This document shows, piece after piece, positions 1 to 11,735 of a stretch of DNA of 64,000 nt. Position 1 is the first letter of the stretch. Each line of letters opens with the position of its first letter. The notes beneath the pieces are model-generated. The model worked only from the letters and a program-made list of their open reading frames with translations, searched no databases and was not told the DNA's origin. This stretch comes from Neoconidiobolus thromboides FSU 785 (taxonomy: Eukaryota > Fungi > Entomophthoromycota): positions 197,136 through 261,135 of the forward strand of contig MU626262.1 in the NCBI GenBank assembly GCA_025603075.1, written 5' to 3'. The position numbers and the translations under genes were made by a program.

Positions 1-302
1 GAGTATTTATATACTATTCATTATAATATTTTATTTTTATACTTTTTGGATAAATTCATTAGTTTTTTTATAATGATCTCACATAACTTATACTAATAAA
101 ATGGTAAAATTAGCCGACACATTGCTCCTTAATTTTTATTATAAATCACAGCACTTAAACACCATATATTTTATTATAATTAACTATTCTTATCATCTTC
201 AATTTTACCCTTGATTAATACTTTTTTATTTCAATCTTCAACATTAGCAGTGTTGCGCAACTAACTTGCTGAAAGTCATTTTTTATTTTTAAATAAAATA
301 AA

Positions 303-352
303 TTAATATTAGATATATATATTTAATATTAGATCTATATATTTAATATTAA
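303..352. repeat. Short tandem repeat, 20-bp unit TTAATATTAGAT(A/C)TATATAT, about 2.5 copies
   Basis: Unit read directly in the sequence. Confidence 0.6.
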
Positions 353-508
353 TATAAATAAATACTTATGTTTTATACTCAACGATATCTGAAACTTGCT
401 TTTTGATCAACTAGTCCTAACATCAAGCTATTAAAAACTAAAATATCTTTTTATTAATATCAAAGTAATCTTAGTAAGTGAAATCATTGACCTTTGATTA
501 TTTACACT

Positions 509-645
509 AGGAAAGATCCCAGGTTGTTGTTCCTAAAACTTGATTTATTTAGTAAAACACGATATTTGTTTACTTTATTTAGCAATAAAAAATCGTGTTT
601 TACTAAATAAATTAGGTTTTGGGAATAGTCACTTGAAACTTCTCT
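509..645. repeat. Foldback (long inverted repeat) element
   Basis: 532-563 CCTAAAACTTGATTTATTTAGTAAAACACGAT pairs with 592-623 (29/32 match, all 3 mismatches are transitions). Looser pairing extends outward to 509 and 645. Confidence 0.7.
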
Positions 646-1435
646 CAATGTTGTTTAAAGAGTAATTAGCCTAAATAACAAAAAAACAAGTATATATACT
701 CGGTTGAAATGAGAAGATTAATTAAATAGTACAGTCTCGGCTAAAATGATAAGGTGGATCAATTATACACATTCTTAATTACTATTTCCATGGGCTTATT
801 AATAGATATTAAAAGGTATATTTTTGATGGTTGAAAATTAGTTGATAGGATCAAAGAAATGAAATTCAATAAATTTTAAAATAATTCTAAGTATCGAATT
901 GATTGTTTTATAAGTATGATTTTTCTAGATATACGAGTATAAGCTTGTTATTTTATTCTTATGCTTCTACCTTATTCTTGTGTTTCGAAAATCTTGCATT
1001 TAACTTCAATTCCTGAAACTTATAAAACCCTTAAAGTCTCATTTTTACTTTACTAGCCATCAAAATTTTAAATTAGCAATGTATGTTTTATTAATAAAAT
1101 ATCCCGCTTTGACCTACCATATTATTATTTTCATCTAGATTCGATTACATCACATTCAACATTTACATCAATTTCAATTAAAAATTTAAATAATTATAAA
1201 TCAGACAATACATTGATTAACGATTTGAATACTAAATATGTTTTTTACCCAGGTTATAGTATATTGATTAGTTACCATTTTTATACGATTTTACATTTAT
1301 TATCATATCGTATAATATAAAGCATGCAAGTAAATTCACTTGAAATTTAATAATACAATAATTGTATTGCCCTTATGTATTGATGGTGATTTACTTATGT
1401 TGTTTGATGTCAATAACTGATATCTTGAATCATAT

Positions 1436-1534
1436 GGGAGTGTTTTTTTTGACTTCATTATTTTTTTCATTTTTTAAGCGCTATTTGAGTGGAAAATATG
1501 TTAGTAAAATTCTTAAACATAAAAATACATCCCC
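1436..1534 (+). mobile_element. MITE family A copy (about 98 bp, Sola-like)
   Basis: GGGAGTGTTTT...AAAATACATCCCC with conserved core AAGCGCTATTTGAGTGGAAAA; flanks ATAT/ATAT. Confidence 0.85.
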
Positions 1535-1561
1535 ATATGCTTCACTAAGAAAGCAAGATAT

Positions 1562-1657
1562 GAGGGTGTTTTTTTACTGCATTACTTTTTCCATCTTTTA
1601 AGCACTATCTGGGCGAAAAAATTGCTAATAAAACTCTTAAACACAAAATATATCCCC
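1562..1657 (+). mobile_element. MITE family A copy
   Basis: GAGGGTGTTTT...ATATATCCCC; flanks ATAT/ATAT. Confidence 0.85.
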
Positions 1658-1910
1658 ATATGATGATAATGTTTATATAGAGCAATAAATATACAAACTT
1701 ACAAAATGAATTAATACTCTTATTGAGACTAGTTGTGTAATTTTTGTATAAAAATAATATAAATTATTGAATTTTGCACTACACTGATAAATCATAACTT
1801 ATAATCTGTAATACTTTATAAAGCAAAAAATATCGAAGTTTTAATTGAATACATAGTTGCATGAAATATCGCTTTGTCAGCTCTATGGTTGATTATAATA
1901 TAACAATTAC

Positions 1911-2340
1911 TTAAGTTGGCGTGTTCTCGAGTTCAGGCACAATCAATCCTGAATCTTTTATTTTGATTTGCTATGAGAATTTCTGTTACGTAGTTCTGAA
2001 GAACATTATCTCCTCGTTTTAATATCCATACTTGTCGGTGTATAAAAGAGATTTTAGAACATAGTAACTCGAGACTTTTTAATTGAACTATTTTTTGATA
2101 TCGTACCTTTAATAAAGCCACTGAATTTTCTTAATAGTATTTTACGTAGATTTTACAGTAGTATTGTCTATTCTATTTGTCTTACATAGCCTATAGCATA
2201 TTACGTGGCATTCTTTATAATTCAGGTCCACCTTAGTTACATAACCTAAAACCTTTCGACTTATAGCATAGTCAACTAAGCAATGACTGCTTTTGACTCC
2301 AATCACTGGGTATCAGATTTCACAGCTATAAGCTAAAAAT
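1911..2340 (-). pseudogene. Degenerate ORF relic, copy A (repeat family B; possible VLTF3-like viral gene)
   Basis: One reading frame interrupted only by TAA/TAG/TGA stops, each one transition away from Gln or Trp. 2005-2322 aligns without gaps to 23907-24224. The repeat is certain; the VLTF3 identity is inferred. Confidence 0.6.
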
Positions 2341-2397
2341 TAGCAATAAGTTTAGATTTAAGGTAAAGGCTTTAATCTATTAAATAAATAGTACATA

Positions 2398-2491
2398 GGG
2401 GATGTTTTTTTTGATTTCATCACTTTTTCCATTTTTTAAGCGCTATTTGAGTGGAGAGATTGCTAGTAAAATTCTTAAAAAACATATCCCC
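2398..2491 (+). mobile_element. MITE family A copy
   Basis: GGGGATGTTTT...ATATCCCC with the family core; flanks CATA/ATAA (imperfect). Confidence 0.85.
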
Positions 2492-4185
2492 ATAATTTGA
2501 ATAAAAGCTTTATATAAAGTATTAAAATACAGGAACTCATATCAATATAATGGTTTTGATTTCAAATAACTTTAAGTTTACTATTCAAATTTACATAACT
2601 AAAAAGTTTTTAGAAATATAAAGGATTTGGACTTTTGATACTATAAAGATTTTTAATAATTCCTAAAATAAAAAATTTTATTACATTAATTTAGCAGCAT
2701 TTATCCCAAGCAAATATTTTAATTAAATTACTAAATTAATAATAGATATTTTTAGATATAAAAATTCAAATTAATATAGAAAGTCACTTTATAGGATTTC
2801 TGATAAAAGGTATTATATAAATAGTATAAATATAAGTAAAAAATTTAAAAAATTAAAGTATATAAATTTAACTATCAGATTTTCAAGTCATTTAAAAAGC
2901 AATAAAATATTGGAGTGGAAAAATAATCTTGTGTTCTTCGAATTTTATTACATATAAAGATATATAAATTGAAACAGCAATATATGCTATAATACCTAAA
3001 AAATGAAATTTATTGGGATTACTATTATTACACTTTATACCATATTTTTATTCAAAATTGGTGTGTGCAAGGTGGGGTAAGTATTAGTTTTAACATAACA
3101 CCTACATATGATTTATATTAAAATTACTATTAGCATAAAACTATACAAAACATCAGTATTTTATGTTTTGAAAAATACATAATCAAGCGGAATATATTTA
3201 TGTAGTTACCAGTGATTTTGATGTAATAAGAAATAGGAAAAATTTGATTTATGTAGAGAAATTAGAAATTTTATCAATTCCTGTACTATTTATAAATCCC
3301 TTGATCTATATGTCCTTATAGACCAAAATACTCAACTATCAATTTAAACATCTCTAGTTTTATAGAGCATTATAAAATGAAGTTATTTATAAAAGTATGA
3401 TTACTTTTTGTGTAAGATAAAAGTTGGATTCCATGAAAAAAATTACATAAAAAGTGGAACTATATGTGAATCTAGCTTCTATAGTAAGAAGGTGGTAACA
3501 TTTAGGATTATTTTTATATATATTTATAAGATTTAGTAGTTATGATAACAATTGAATTAGTTAAAAATCCTACAAATCATAATAGGATAGATGAAAATAA
3601 GAGTTACGCTAGTTAATTTCATTAATAGAACCGTATTATTTTAAAGATTTTATATTTAATATATTTAAAACAATTTCTTATTTTACATTAAAGTTCTTTT
3701 TTTGTTTTACTTAATTTTAGGAGTTATATTCTAAATTTAGTAATTTTTGGTTTAAAACGTTAAAAAATTCAACTTAAATATAATACGAAATAGACTTTTA
3801 CAATATCATTAAAAAGAGTTGAATTCAATATTAAAACAATCATGAACTTTTGAGATTTAAGATATATTAAAATTTTATATTTTTATTTTCTATTCTATGA
3901 ATCTTATATATTGAAAACTTACATCATTACCTTGCCCCTTTTACTTTAGACCCCTAAATCAAGTTTTTTTCTTAAAAATTTAGAGCCAATAAGCTTACCT
4001 AATACAAAAAGGGATAGGTGAGGACTAAGGATAGTATTCAGAATTTCAATAATAATTGAGTATATTGTGGGTGATGTCAAACATAATTAGTTATAATGGA
4101 AGAATTGTTTTTACATCTTAACTTAATCTTAAACTTTTTATTTACTGTTTCTAGTTTATTTTTTATTTATTATTTTTAATTCGCA

Positions 4186-4836
4186 ATGAAAGAATATCGA
4201 GTTGTAATATTAGGCGCTGGTGGTGTTGGTAAATCCGCTATAGTATGAGTTTTTTCTTTTTTATTCATTATTTGTTTACATATCATTTAATAGACAGTAC
4301 AGTATGTTCAAGGAGTATTTGTTGAAAAATATGATCCAACGATTGAAGATTCTTACCGAAAAACAATTGAAATTGAAGGTCAATCTTGTATAATGGAAAT
4401 ATTGGATACCGCTGGAACAGAACAATTTACTGCCATTAGAGAGTTATATATGCGAAATGGCCAAGGTTTTTTATTGGTTTATTCGATTACTTCTACATCT
4501 TCCTTTGAAGATGTATCCAATTTAAGAGATAATATTTTAAGAGTGAAAGGAACTACAAAGGTAATTAATTTTAACGGCCTATAAAGTAAGCGTTTATTTT
4601 TAAAAAAGGTGCCTATGATTCTGTTAGGGAATAAATTTGATCTTAATTCAGAAAGAGCAGTAAGTACTAAAAAAGCTCAAGAGTTAGCTAGCGAATGGGG
4701 TATGCCTTTCATGGAAACATCAGCAAGGTTATTTTTCAATATCAATGAAGCTTTCTCAACAATTATACAACAAATTCATCAAATAACTCCACAAAATGTA
4801 AAGAAAACTAGGAGGATAAAGTGTCTTATTTTATGA
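4186..4836 (+). CDS. RSR1: Ras-family GTPase of the Rap1/Rsr1(Bud1) type, 2 introns
   Basis: [18 protein letters not shown]-loop, YDPTIEDSY effector loop, DTAGTEQF (Thr61 typical of Rap), NKFD, ETSA, CAAX CLIL. Introns at about 4243-4292 and 4561-4608. Confidence 0.9.
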
Positions 4837-6174
4837 CTTAATTCACGATCCTTTTGCGATTATTAAACGATAGTTTTTAGCTTTATTTTTTTATTAAGTA
4901 AGATTTAATTAAAAATGTATTTTATCAATAAATTGTACCCATTTGAGATTATTGCTAAGTGTATTGAATCATCGAATGTTATTATTGAATCTATGTGCCT
5001 TATTCTAAATTGATAGACAACATGACTATTTAATCATTGGTCGCTCTATTTTTATTAGTATGCATATTTATAAGTGAGAGCTAAATCCAAATTACCTGTT
5101 TCTTTTAACCAATAAATATCTCGCTTGGGGCATAACAATTTATTGATTTTATAATACAAATAGTCAAAATAATTTTACATCTTGTTTAACTTATATCATT
5201 TATGATTATAGAATTATAGAAGAAATACTAAGATGTGAGTTGTTTATTGGAAATTATATTTATTTAAAAAAGTGTAGAATTTTTATATTGTATAATAGTT
5301 ATAAATGTCAAAATCCGATTTCAAATATTTTAAAGATTGTCAAGTTAGCTGTACAGGATAAAGAGAGAAATGAGATATCAATAAGTTTGGTTGCTTTTAT
5401 AAGCTAATAGTTTTAATTATCATTATTTACAATACTACATTAGTTTATAATTAAAACTGAATTTATATTGAAATTACAACACTAATTTACATTATGTTTT
5501 TTCGGATAGAATACTACTGCTCTTATGTGAAGCAAGGGAATATTAGAGAGGGATTGAGAAACTTGTATGTACTTCAACATTTGATTTCTTTCACTCAAGA
5601 GAACTTAAAATAACATTAAATTTTTTTTTAGAAATGTGAACTAATTTGCCTTTTATAGTAAATGTTTTGAATTTATCAATGAATACATTAGATAAAATAT
5701 GTTAAATGTATTATTGTTTATCCATTTTATATTTTTATAAATTTCATTTGTCTATTAACCGATTACATGGGTACCATACTTTCGTAAATTCATAGGGGAT
5801 TGTAGCTTAATATCTTGAAATAAATTCAATTACTATATTTTCTTCCTTATACATGGTTTTGAGTTATTAGGACTGCTAGCATGAAGTTACTACAATATAT
5901 AGAATCAAAAGGCTAAGTATAACCAATAGCGGCTATATTATAACCATTTTTATATATTAAAATATCATTTATTTGCTTTTATCTTTACAAAGTGAAAGCA
6001 GTAGAAATTTAAATACGCAACAACAAAAGATTAAAATGTTATTTTAGTGTTATAATTAAAAATTCAAAGTAATAAATGTCATAACATCATAACTATTGGC
6101 TTCCTTGTATCATTCTAACTTTCCTTCAGGTTCTTAGCCTATGAAGCTCATAGTCATAAATTAAACCATTATAT

Positions 6175-6273
6175 GAGAATGTTTTTTCTAGTTTCATCAC
6201 TTTTTCTATCTTTCAAACGCTACTTGAGTAGAAAGATTGTTAGTAAAATTCTTAAACAAAAAAATACATCCCC
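6175..6273 (+). mobile_element. MITE family A copy (left half of a back-to-back pair)
   Basis: GAGAATGTTTT...AATACATCCCC; flanks ATAT/ATGT. Confidence 0.85.
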
Positions 6274-6277
6274 ATGT

Positions 6278-6375
6278 GGAGATGTATTTTTGTATTTAAG
6301 AATTTTACTGACAATTTTTCCACATAAATAGTGCTTAAAAAATGGAAAAATAATGAAACTAAAAAAAACAGCCCC
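6278..6375 (-). mobile_element. MITE family A copy (right half of the pair, inverted)
   Basis: GGAGATGTATTTTTG...AAACAGCCCC; flanks ATGT/ATAT. Confidence 0.85.
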
Positions 6376-6854
6376 ATATAGTAATTTGATTTTTTATGTA
6401 TCTTTTAGCCTATAATATATCAATAATTCATATCAATTTAAAGAACAAAGTTTGTCTCCAAAACATAAAGTAATCTCAGGATTTCTGCCTAGATTTTATG
6501 AATACAATTTTAGAGGACAGCAAATTTCAGAAAATTGCAAGATTAAAAAAAGCGAAAGTGTTACAAATATGGTTAAATTCTGGTTATTAAACTAATATGT
6601 TAGTCAGTTAAATTGATTATTTTACAAAATCATATTGTTATTATTAGAATAAAAAATCTAACATGGTTTGGAAAGAAAGTTAAACAGGCGAAGTTTAGTA
6701 TAAAAATGTCAATTGCATAATATAGATTGGCTTGGATTTATTATTCCCGAACAATGTGCGGCCAAAAAAAAGCTGTAAAAAAAGCTGAAATATATTTAAA
6801 AAGAGTAAAATCATATATCGTTGTCATAAAATCAATAAACATTTACATTAAAAG

Positions 6855-8441
6855 ATGAATCAAACAATAGAGTTAAGAGAGCATCAAGTTGATAACGCAA
6901 AGTCATATGAACTTCCTAATGAGGATGGATCTAATGAAAAAATAAACCTATCCAAAGCACAATTCATTATTATAATGATTGGATTATTCTTTACTATATC
7001 AGTAGCTGCATTAGATACTACTATAATTACAACTTCTGTTGGTGTTATCGCATCTGATTTAAATGGGTTTCAAGATATTGCTTGGGTAGCCACTGCCTAT
7101 TTCTTAACTTCTAATGCCTTTGAACTTCTTTATGGCAAATTTTCAGATATATTTGGAAGAAAACCAACCATTCTTTTTGCTTTGAGTATCTTCTTGATCG
7201 GATCAATCTTGTGTGGAGTTGCACAAAATATTGAAATGCTTATCATAGCTAGGGCAATTGCAGGTATTGGAGGTGGAGGACTAATGACTTTATGTACAAT
7301 TATTATCTCTGATTTAGTACCACTCAAGAAAAGAGGTTATTATATGGGTTTGACTACTGGGATTTTTACAGTATCATCAACTTTAGGGTCAATTTTAGGT
7401 GGTATATTTGTTTTAAAATTATCATGGAGATGGTGCTTTTACATTAATATTCCTATTTGTGTTATTGCCATGATTATTATTATTGTCTTTTTCCGCTTTC
7501 CTTCTGATAGTAATAATTTTAAAGAAAAGTTAAATAGGGTAGATTATTTTGGGTGTATCACACTCTTGATTTTCACTATACTGTTAACGCTGGCGCTTAA
7601 TTGGGGAGGACAGACTTATTCTTGGTCATCGGCTGCCGTACTTGTTCCATTGGTTTTAAGTATTATGTTTATGTTCGCTTTTATATATCTTCAGTTGAAA
7701 GTCTCAAAAGAGCCTATTATACCATCTAATATTTTAGTACGCAATGTCAACGCATGCGGTTTAATCACATTCTGTAATGGAACCATTTTCTTTTCAATCA
7801 TTATTTACATCCCCCTTTATAATCAAATTGCTTACCAAGAATCTTCACTGCAATCTACTATTGGGATTCTTCCTGTTATTTGTGGAATGATTGTATGTTC
7901 TATATTTTCTGGTTCTATAATCAGTAGAACAGGAAAGTATCGCTTTTTTTCTATTATCGGTACCTTATTAGGATTCGTAGGCTCCATCCTATTGACCCAA
8001 TTTGTCAGCGTAGATGTGTCACGTACCTTAATATATATATTTACAGCAGTAGTCGGTGCTGGGATTGGGTTGTGTATGCAAGCTACTACAATTGCTTCCC
8101 AGGCAGCAGTGGGTGAAAAGGATCTTGCTGTAGTAACATCATTAATTAGATTTACTTTTTCATTGGGGGGTATTATAGGCATAACAGTATTGGGTGCGAT
8201 TTACCAAAATGTTTCATCTAGTTTTTTAATGAAATATTCCAATGAAATTGATTTAGAGAAATTAAGTAAAGGAACTTTATATATATCCAGCTTACCTTTA
8301 GACCAAATTGTAAAGGTTACTGAGAGCTTTGCTGAGGCTTTTAAATACATGTTTTATGCAGGTGCTGCCTTTTTCGCTGTTGGATTTATTGCTTCTTTGT
8401 TTGTTGAACACATATCACTTAAGAGAATAGAAGAAAGTTAG
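6855..8441 (+). CDS. MFS transporter, 14-TMS DHA2 drug:H+ antiporter family (VBA/ATR-like), intronless
   Basis: 528 aa; ALDTTIITT, WVATAYFLT, YGKFSDIFGRK (motif A), LIIARAIAGIGGGG (motifs B/C), WRWCFYINIPI. Confidence 0.9.
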   Translation: MNQTIELREHQVDNAKSYELPNEDGSNEKINLSKAQFIIIMIGLFFTISVAALDTTIITTSVGVIASDLNGFQDIAWVATAYFLTSNAFELLYGKFSDIFGRKPTILFALSIFLIGSILCGVAQNIEMLIIARAIAGIGGGGLMTLCTIIISDLVPLKKRGYYMGLTTGIFTVSSTLGSILGGIFVLKLSWRWCFYINIPICVIAMIIIIVFFRFPSDSNNFKEKLNRVDYFGCITLLIFTILLTLALNWGGQTYSWSSAAVLVPLVLSIMFMFAFIYLQLKVSKEPIIPSNILVRNVNACGLITFCNGTIFFSIIIYIPLYNQIAYQESSLQSTIGILPVICGMIVCSIFSGSIISRTGKYRFFSIIGTLLGFVGSILLTQFVSVDVSRTLIYIFTAVVGAGIGLCMQATTIASQAAVGEKDLAVVTSLIRFTFSLGGIIGITVLGAIYQNVSSSFLMKYSNEIDLEKLSKGTLYISSLPLDQIVKVTESFAEAFKYMFYAGAAFFAVGFIASLFVEHISLKRIEES

Positions 8442-8826
8442 TATAGTTAATTCTTGATTTTATTCTGATTTTTTATAAATAAATTGTGAATAAGAAAAAG
8501 CTTTATTAATAGTATTTTAGTTTTAAACCCTTTTTAAATTTTAATGGTCTGTTAAAGATTTATTGTTAGAATCAAATAAATATTTTAGTTTAATATTTAT
8601 ATTGTTAGCTTATTATATAGTATAAGATAAAGATTTTTCAGAACATGTCTCAAATGAATGACTGCTTATATTGATCAAGTTGTTATATATAACGTATAAC
8701 TCTATTTTAGTATTGAGATTACATAAATCAGTGACAAAATTTACTTGTTTATAAGCTGATCTAGAACCATTTTTCACCTATACTATTTTAAGTTTATTAA
8801 ATTTATTTTAAATAATTTAAAAATAT

Positions 8827-8924
8827 AGTGATATTTTTTATAGTTTTATTGCTTTTCCATTTTTTAAACGCTATTTGAGTGAAAAGATTGTTAGTAAAAT
8901 TTTTAAACAAAAAAATTTATCCCC
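8827..8924 (+). mobile_element. MITE family A copy
   Basis: Degenerate left end AGTGATATTTT, intact core, right end TTTATCCCC; flanks ATAT/ATAT. Confidence 0.8.
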
Positions 8925-9074
8925 ATATCCTAAATTAACGACCTTGTACCTTTAACATGTATAATTTTTTTATTGAAAATGTTAATCGTCTTTGAAAAAT
9001 TTGAACACTCTAAATGCTATAGTAAGCTTTTGTTTGGAAAATATTTAAATTAATTAAAATGGTTATGTACATAT

Positions 9075-9172
9075 GGGGATGTATTTTTTGGTTTCATTAC
9101 TTTTTCCATTTTTAAGCGCTATTTGAGCGGAAAAATTGTTAATAAAATCCTTAAACACAAAAACACATCCCC
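9075..9172 (+). mobile_element. MITE family A copy (closest to consensus)
   Basis: GGGGATGTATTTTT...AAAAACACATCCCC; flanks ATAT/ATAT. Confidence 0.9.
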
Positions 9173-9234
9173 ATATGTTTAGATGAGATCACTGATGTTA
9201 ACTCTGATAATGTATATTAATCCATATAACATAT

Positions 9235-9333
9235 GGGATTGTTTTTTTTGGCTTCATTACTTTTTCCATCTTTTAAGCGCTATTTGAGTGGAAAAATTAC
9301 TAGCAAAACTCTTAAATACAAAAATACATCCCC
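9235..9333 (+). mobile_element. MITE family A copy
   Basis: GGGATTGTTTT...AAAAATACATCCCC; flanks ATAT/ATAT. Confidence 0.85.
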
Positions 9334-9916
9334 ATATATAAAAAAACTATTTTTAATAAAAACCAGAGTATACTTAAATTCATGTCATTTTTAAGAGTTT
9401 TATTAGGAAATATTCGGATTTTTGATACTCTAGATATATCAATGTAAGTAAATAGCTAATAATTTACAAGAGTATCTTAAAGCAAATTATGAATACAGTA
9501 TAATGAATAATTGACAAAAATAGTCCACGTAATTAGATTTGAAATTTCAAATAGTATCTCAATTTTGAACAATGATAAAACAGGTTTATTCAGAATAACC
9601 AATATCGGAAATTAAAAATGTGGAGACTGTTATTAGACCACTCTATTATTTAACGACATATAAAAATTAAATATAAAACTGTTTTTTATTGAACGAGGTA
9701 AGATCCATTATAAAACAAATATTCGAAAATTGTTGAAAAACTTCGCTTAATTCACTGACATAGTTCCAATTAAAAGCCGACAAATAATATCATAAAAGCT
9801 GTTACAAGTTTAAAGTGAACTCCATATTTGATTTTTACTTTTTATACTTTATTTAATATTTATTTATATTTATTTAACTTATTATACATACATTTCAAAT
9901 ACTTTGAATATCAATA

Positions 9917-11179
9917 ATGAATTACGATATGGTCAATCAAATAGACGATTTTTTCGCTGATACAATCTGTACTATTTTAACTTGGGGAATTAAGAATCCT
10001 AAATCAGCAAACACATTATCTTCTATTTGGTGCAGCGAAATGTTAAAAACGGATGGAGATGTAAGAAACAACTGAGAAAATAATAATAATAATAATAATT
10101 CCTCATTTTTATGATAGGTTCTAGATCTAGACGAAATAAATGAAGAGTCTTTAAAAGAAATAGAAATGTTATTATATGATTTAAATTTAGACATTGAAAA
10201 AGAAGAAAACAATGAAAGAGGGCTAAAACTAAATTTGATACCAAGACCCTTCTATAAAAAGTTCTCCAGAAACTTGTGGTTAATGATAAAAATGGAACGG
10301 CCATCATTTACGTGGCACAAAAATGGAATAAAGTTAAACTTGTTAAGCCTTGATAAAAACTGTTTAAAGAGATTAGAACTAATTGAGAATAAAATTGGTG
10401 AATTTAAAAAGAACTGGTACTCTACTTTTGAAAATGAGAGCACATTTCAGAAATATAGTGACAAAGACGATTTAAGCTTGAACACTTTAAAAGAGTTCAT
10501 TTTAGAGGTAAATACGTTTTTTTCTAACTAGAACCAAATAATACATTAAATAGTTTATAACTCCTGCGGATATAGGATTAATGTTGGGGTTATTTGAAAC
10601 TGAGGGTAGTTTGTTTCGTAATATAGATTCCGATAAGCACCTTGTTTTGTTGCCAAGTATGGCTCAGTGCATCCATGCTTTTAGTGCCTATCATAAAACC
10701 AAAGATAAAAGTTGTCATAAAAAAGGAGCTAGACCAACACAATTAACCACTGGGGCTAGAGCCCTTACCAAGCATTGGCATCGTGATAGAACCACCTATT
10801 TTTGGCCCCAATGTTATGGAAGTAATAAATTTTATTTTCATCTAAATACTACTTACATATTTAGCTGAAAGACAAAAAAACAACCAAGCAAATGCCACAT
10901 TAATCAAATTGATTAAAGACACAGCTTGGATGAACCTTCATTTATTACCTGTAAGTAAATAATTAAAATTTCTAAAATAGCTAATCTAATTTAATAACTG
11001 TAATATAGGGAGGTAAACCTGCTTTTGAAATTCGTAACATCCAAGGGTATGGCGCTCGTTGGGAGCTTAAGTTAAAGCTTGATCATGATGTTGATATTCT
11101 TGTGGTTGACCACATAATCTTTCGTGGATTATTAGAACCTCCCATGGAAGATGGACATACAAACAATTGGCTACATTAG
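9917..11179 (+). CDS. Uncharacterised protein resembling the C-terminal domain of plant ASCH-domain proteins, about 4 introns
   Basis: Exons joined over GT-AG introns (first intron 10061-10117 is in frame). Motifs LTTGARALTKHWHR, WMNLHLLP, FEIRNIQGYGARW and FRGLLEPPMEDGH...WLH* match my recollection of that family. Confidence 0.7.
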
Positions 11180-11735
11180 TTAGAAAATTATCTAGATATA
11201 GAGTAATCTATAAAATAATAAATCATAAACGTATCAAAACTTTTTCATTACATAAAAATAGCTTGAACTAATATAAAATCATATCACATAATAATATATA
11301 TGAATGCCTTTTTGTCCCAATATTTAACTAGTAATTATTGCTTTATATTGCATAATAAGTGGTCAAAATATTGAAACAAAAAGAGTATTTGTATATTCAA
11401 CTGTCGATTATTAAGCAAGAGAATGTTATACATTTGTTAATCCTGTAATATATAGTTTAATTTTTAATAGAAAAATAAATCATGTCGATATTATGTAATT
11501 GAATGTTTTATATCAAAAGATCAATATCTGTAAATTTAGAAAGCTCATAACATCAAGCAAATAATATCCTATAAAAATTAAATAAAAAATTACTTTTTAA
11601 AATGGCATTCAAACAAAAAATATCATTTTAATTTCTATTCAACTTTAATGCGTTAATATTACGGCTTTAAGCTTCTACATTAGTTTGGTTACTATATGTA
11701 AAGGATTAGTTTAAAAATCTTGAATTGTAAAAAAT

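Noticed and set aside
1362-1601. 79-aa ORF, plus similar short ORFs at 12549-12764 and 38939-39190
   Set aside because: They read through MITE copies (LFFSFFKRYLSGK-type peptides) and are not genes
1911-2340. Shared TAA/TAG stops as evidence of a ciliate-type genetic code (stop read as Gln)
   Set aside because: Several sites are CAA/CAG in one copy and a stop in the other, TGG-to-TGA also occurs, and host genes end in TAA/TAG. C-to-T mutation explains the pattern.
7130-8182. Antisense ORFs inside the MFS gene, and likewise 29327-29760, 30048-30335, 51342-51572, 52128-52358 and 59677-59919
   Set aside because: Shadow ORFs caused by codon bias on the opposite strand; no motifs
1436-9333. Clustered 100-bp repeats as a CRISPR array or bacterial REP/BIME elements
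   Set aside because: Eukaryotic intron-rich context, irregular spacing, both orientations, and TIRs plus TSDs all indicate MITEs
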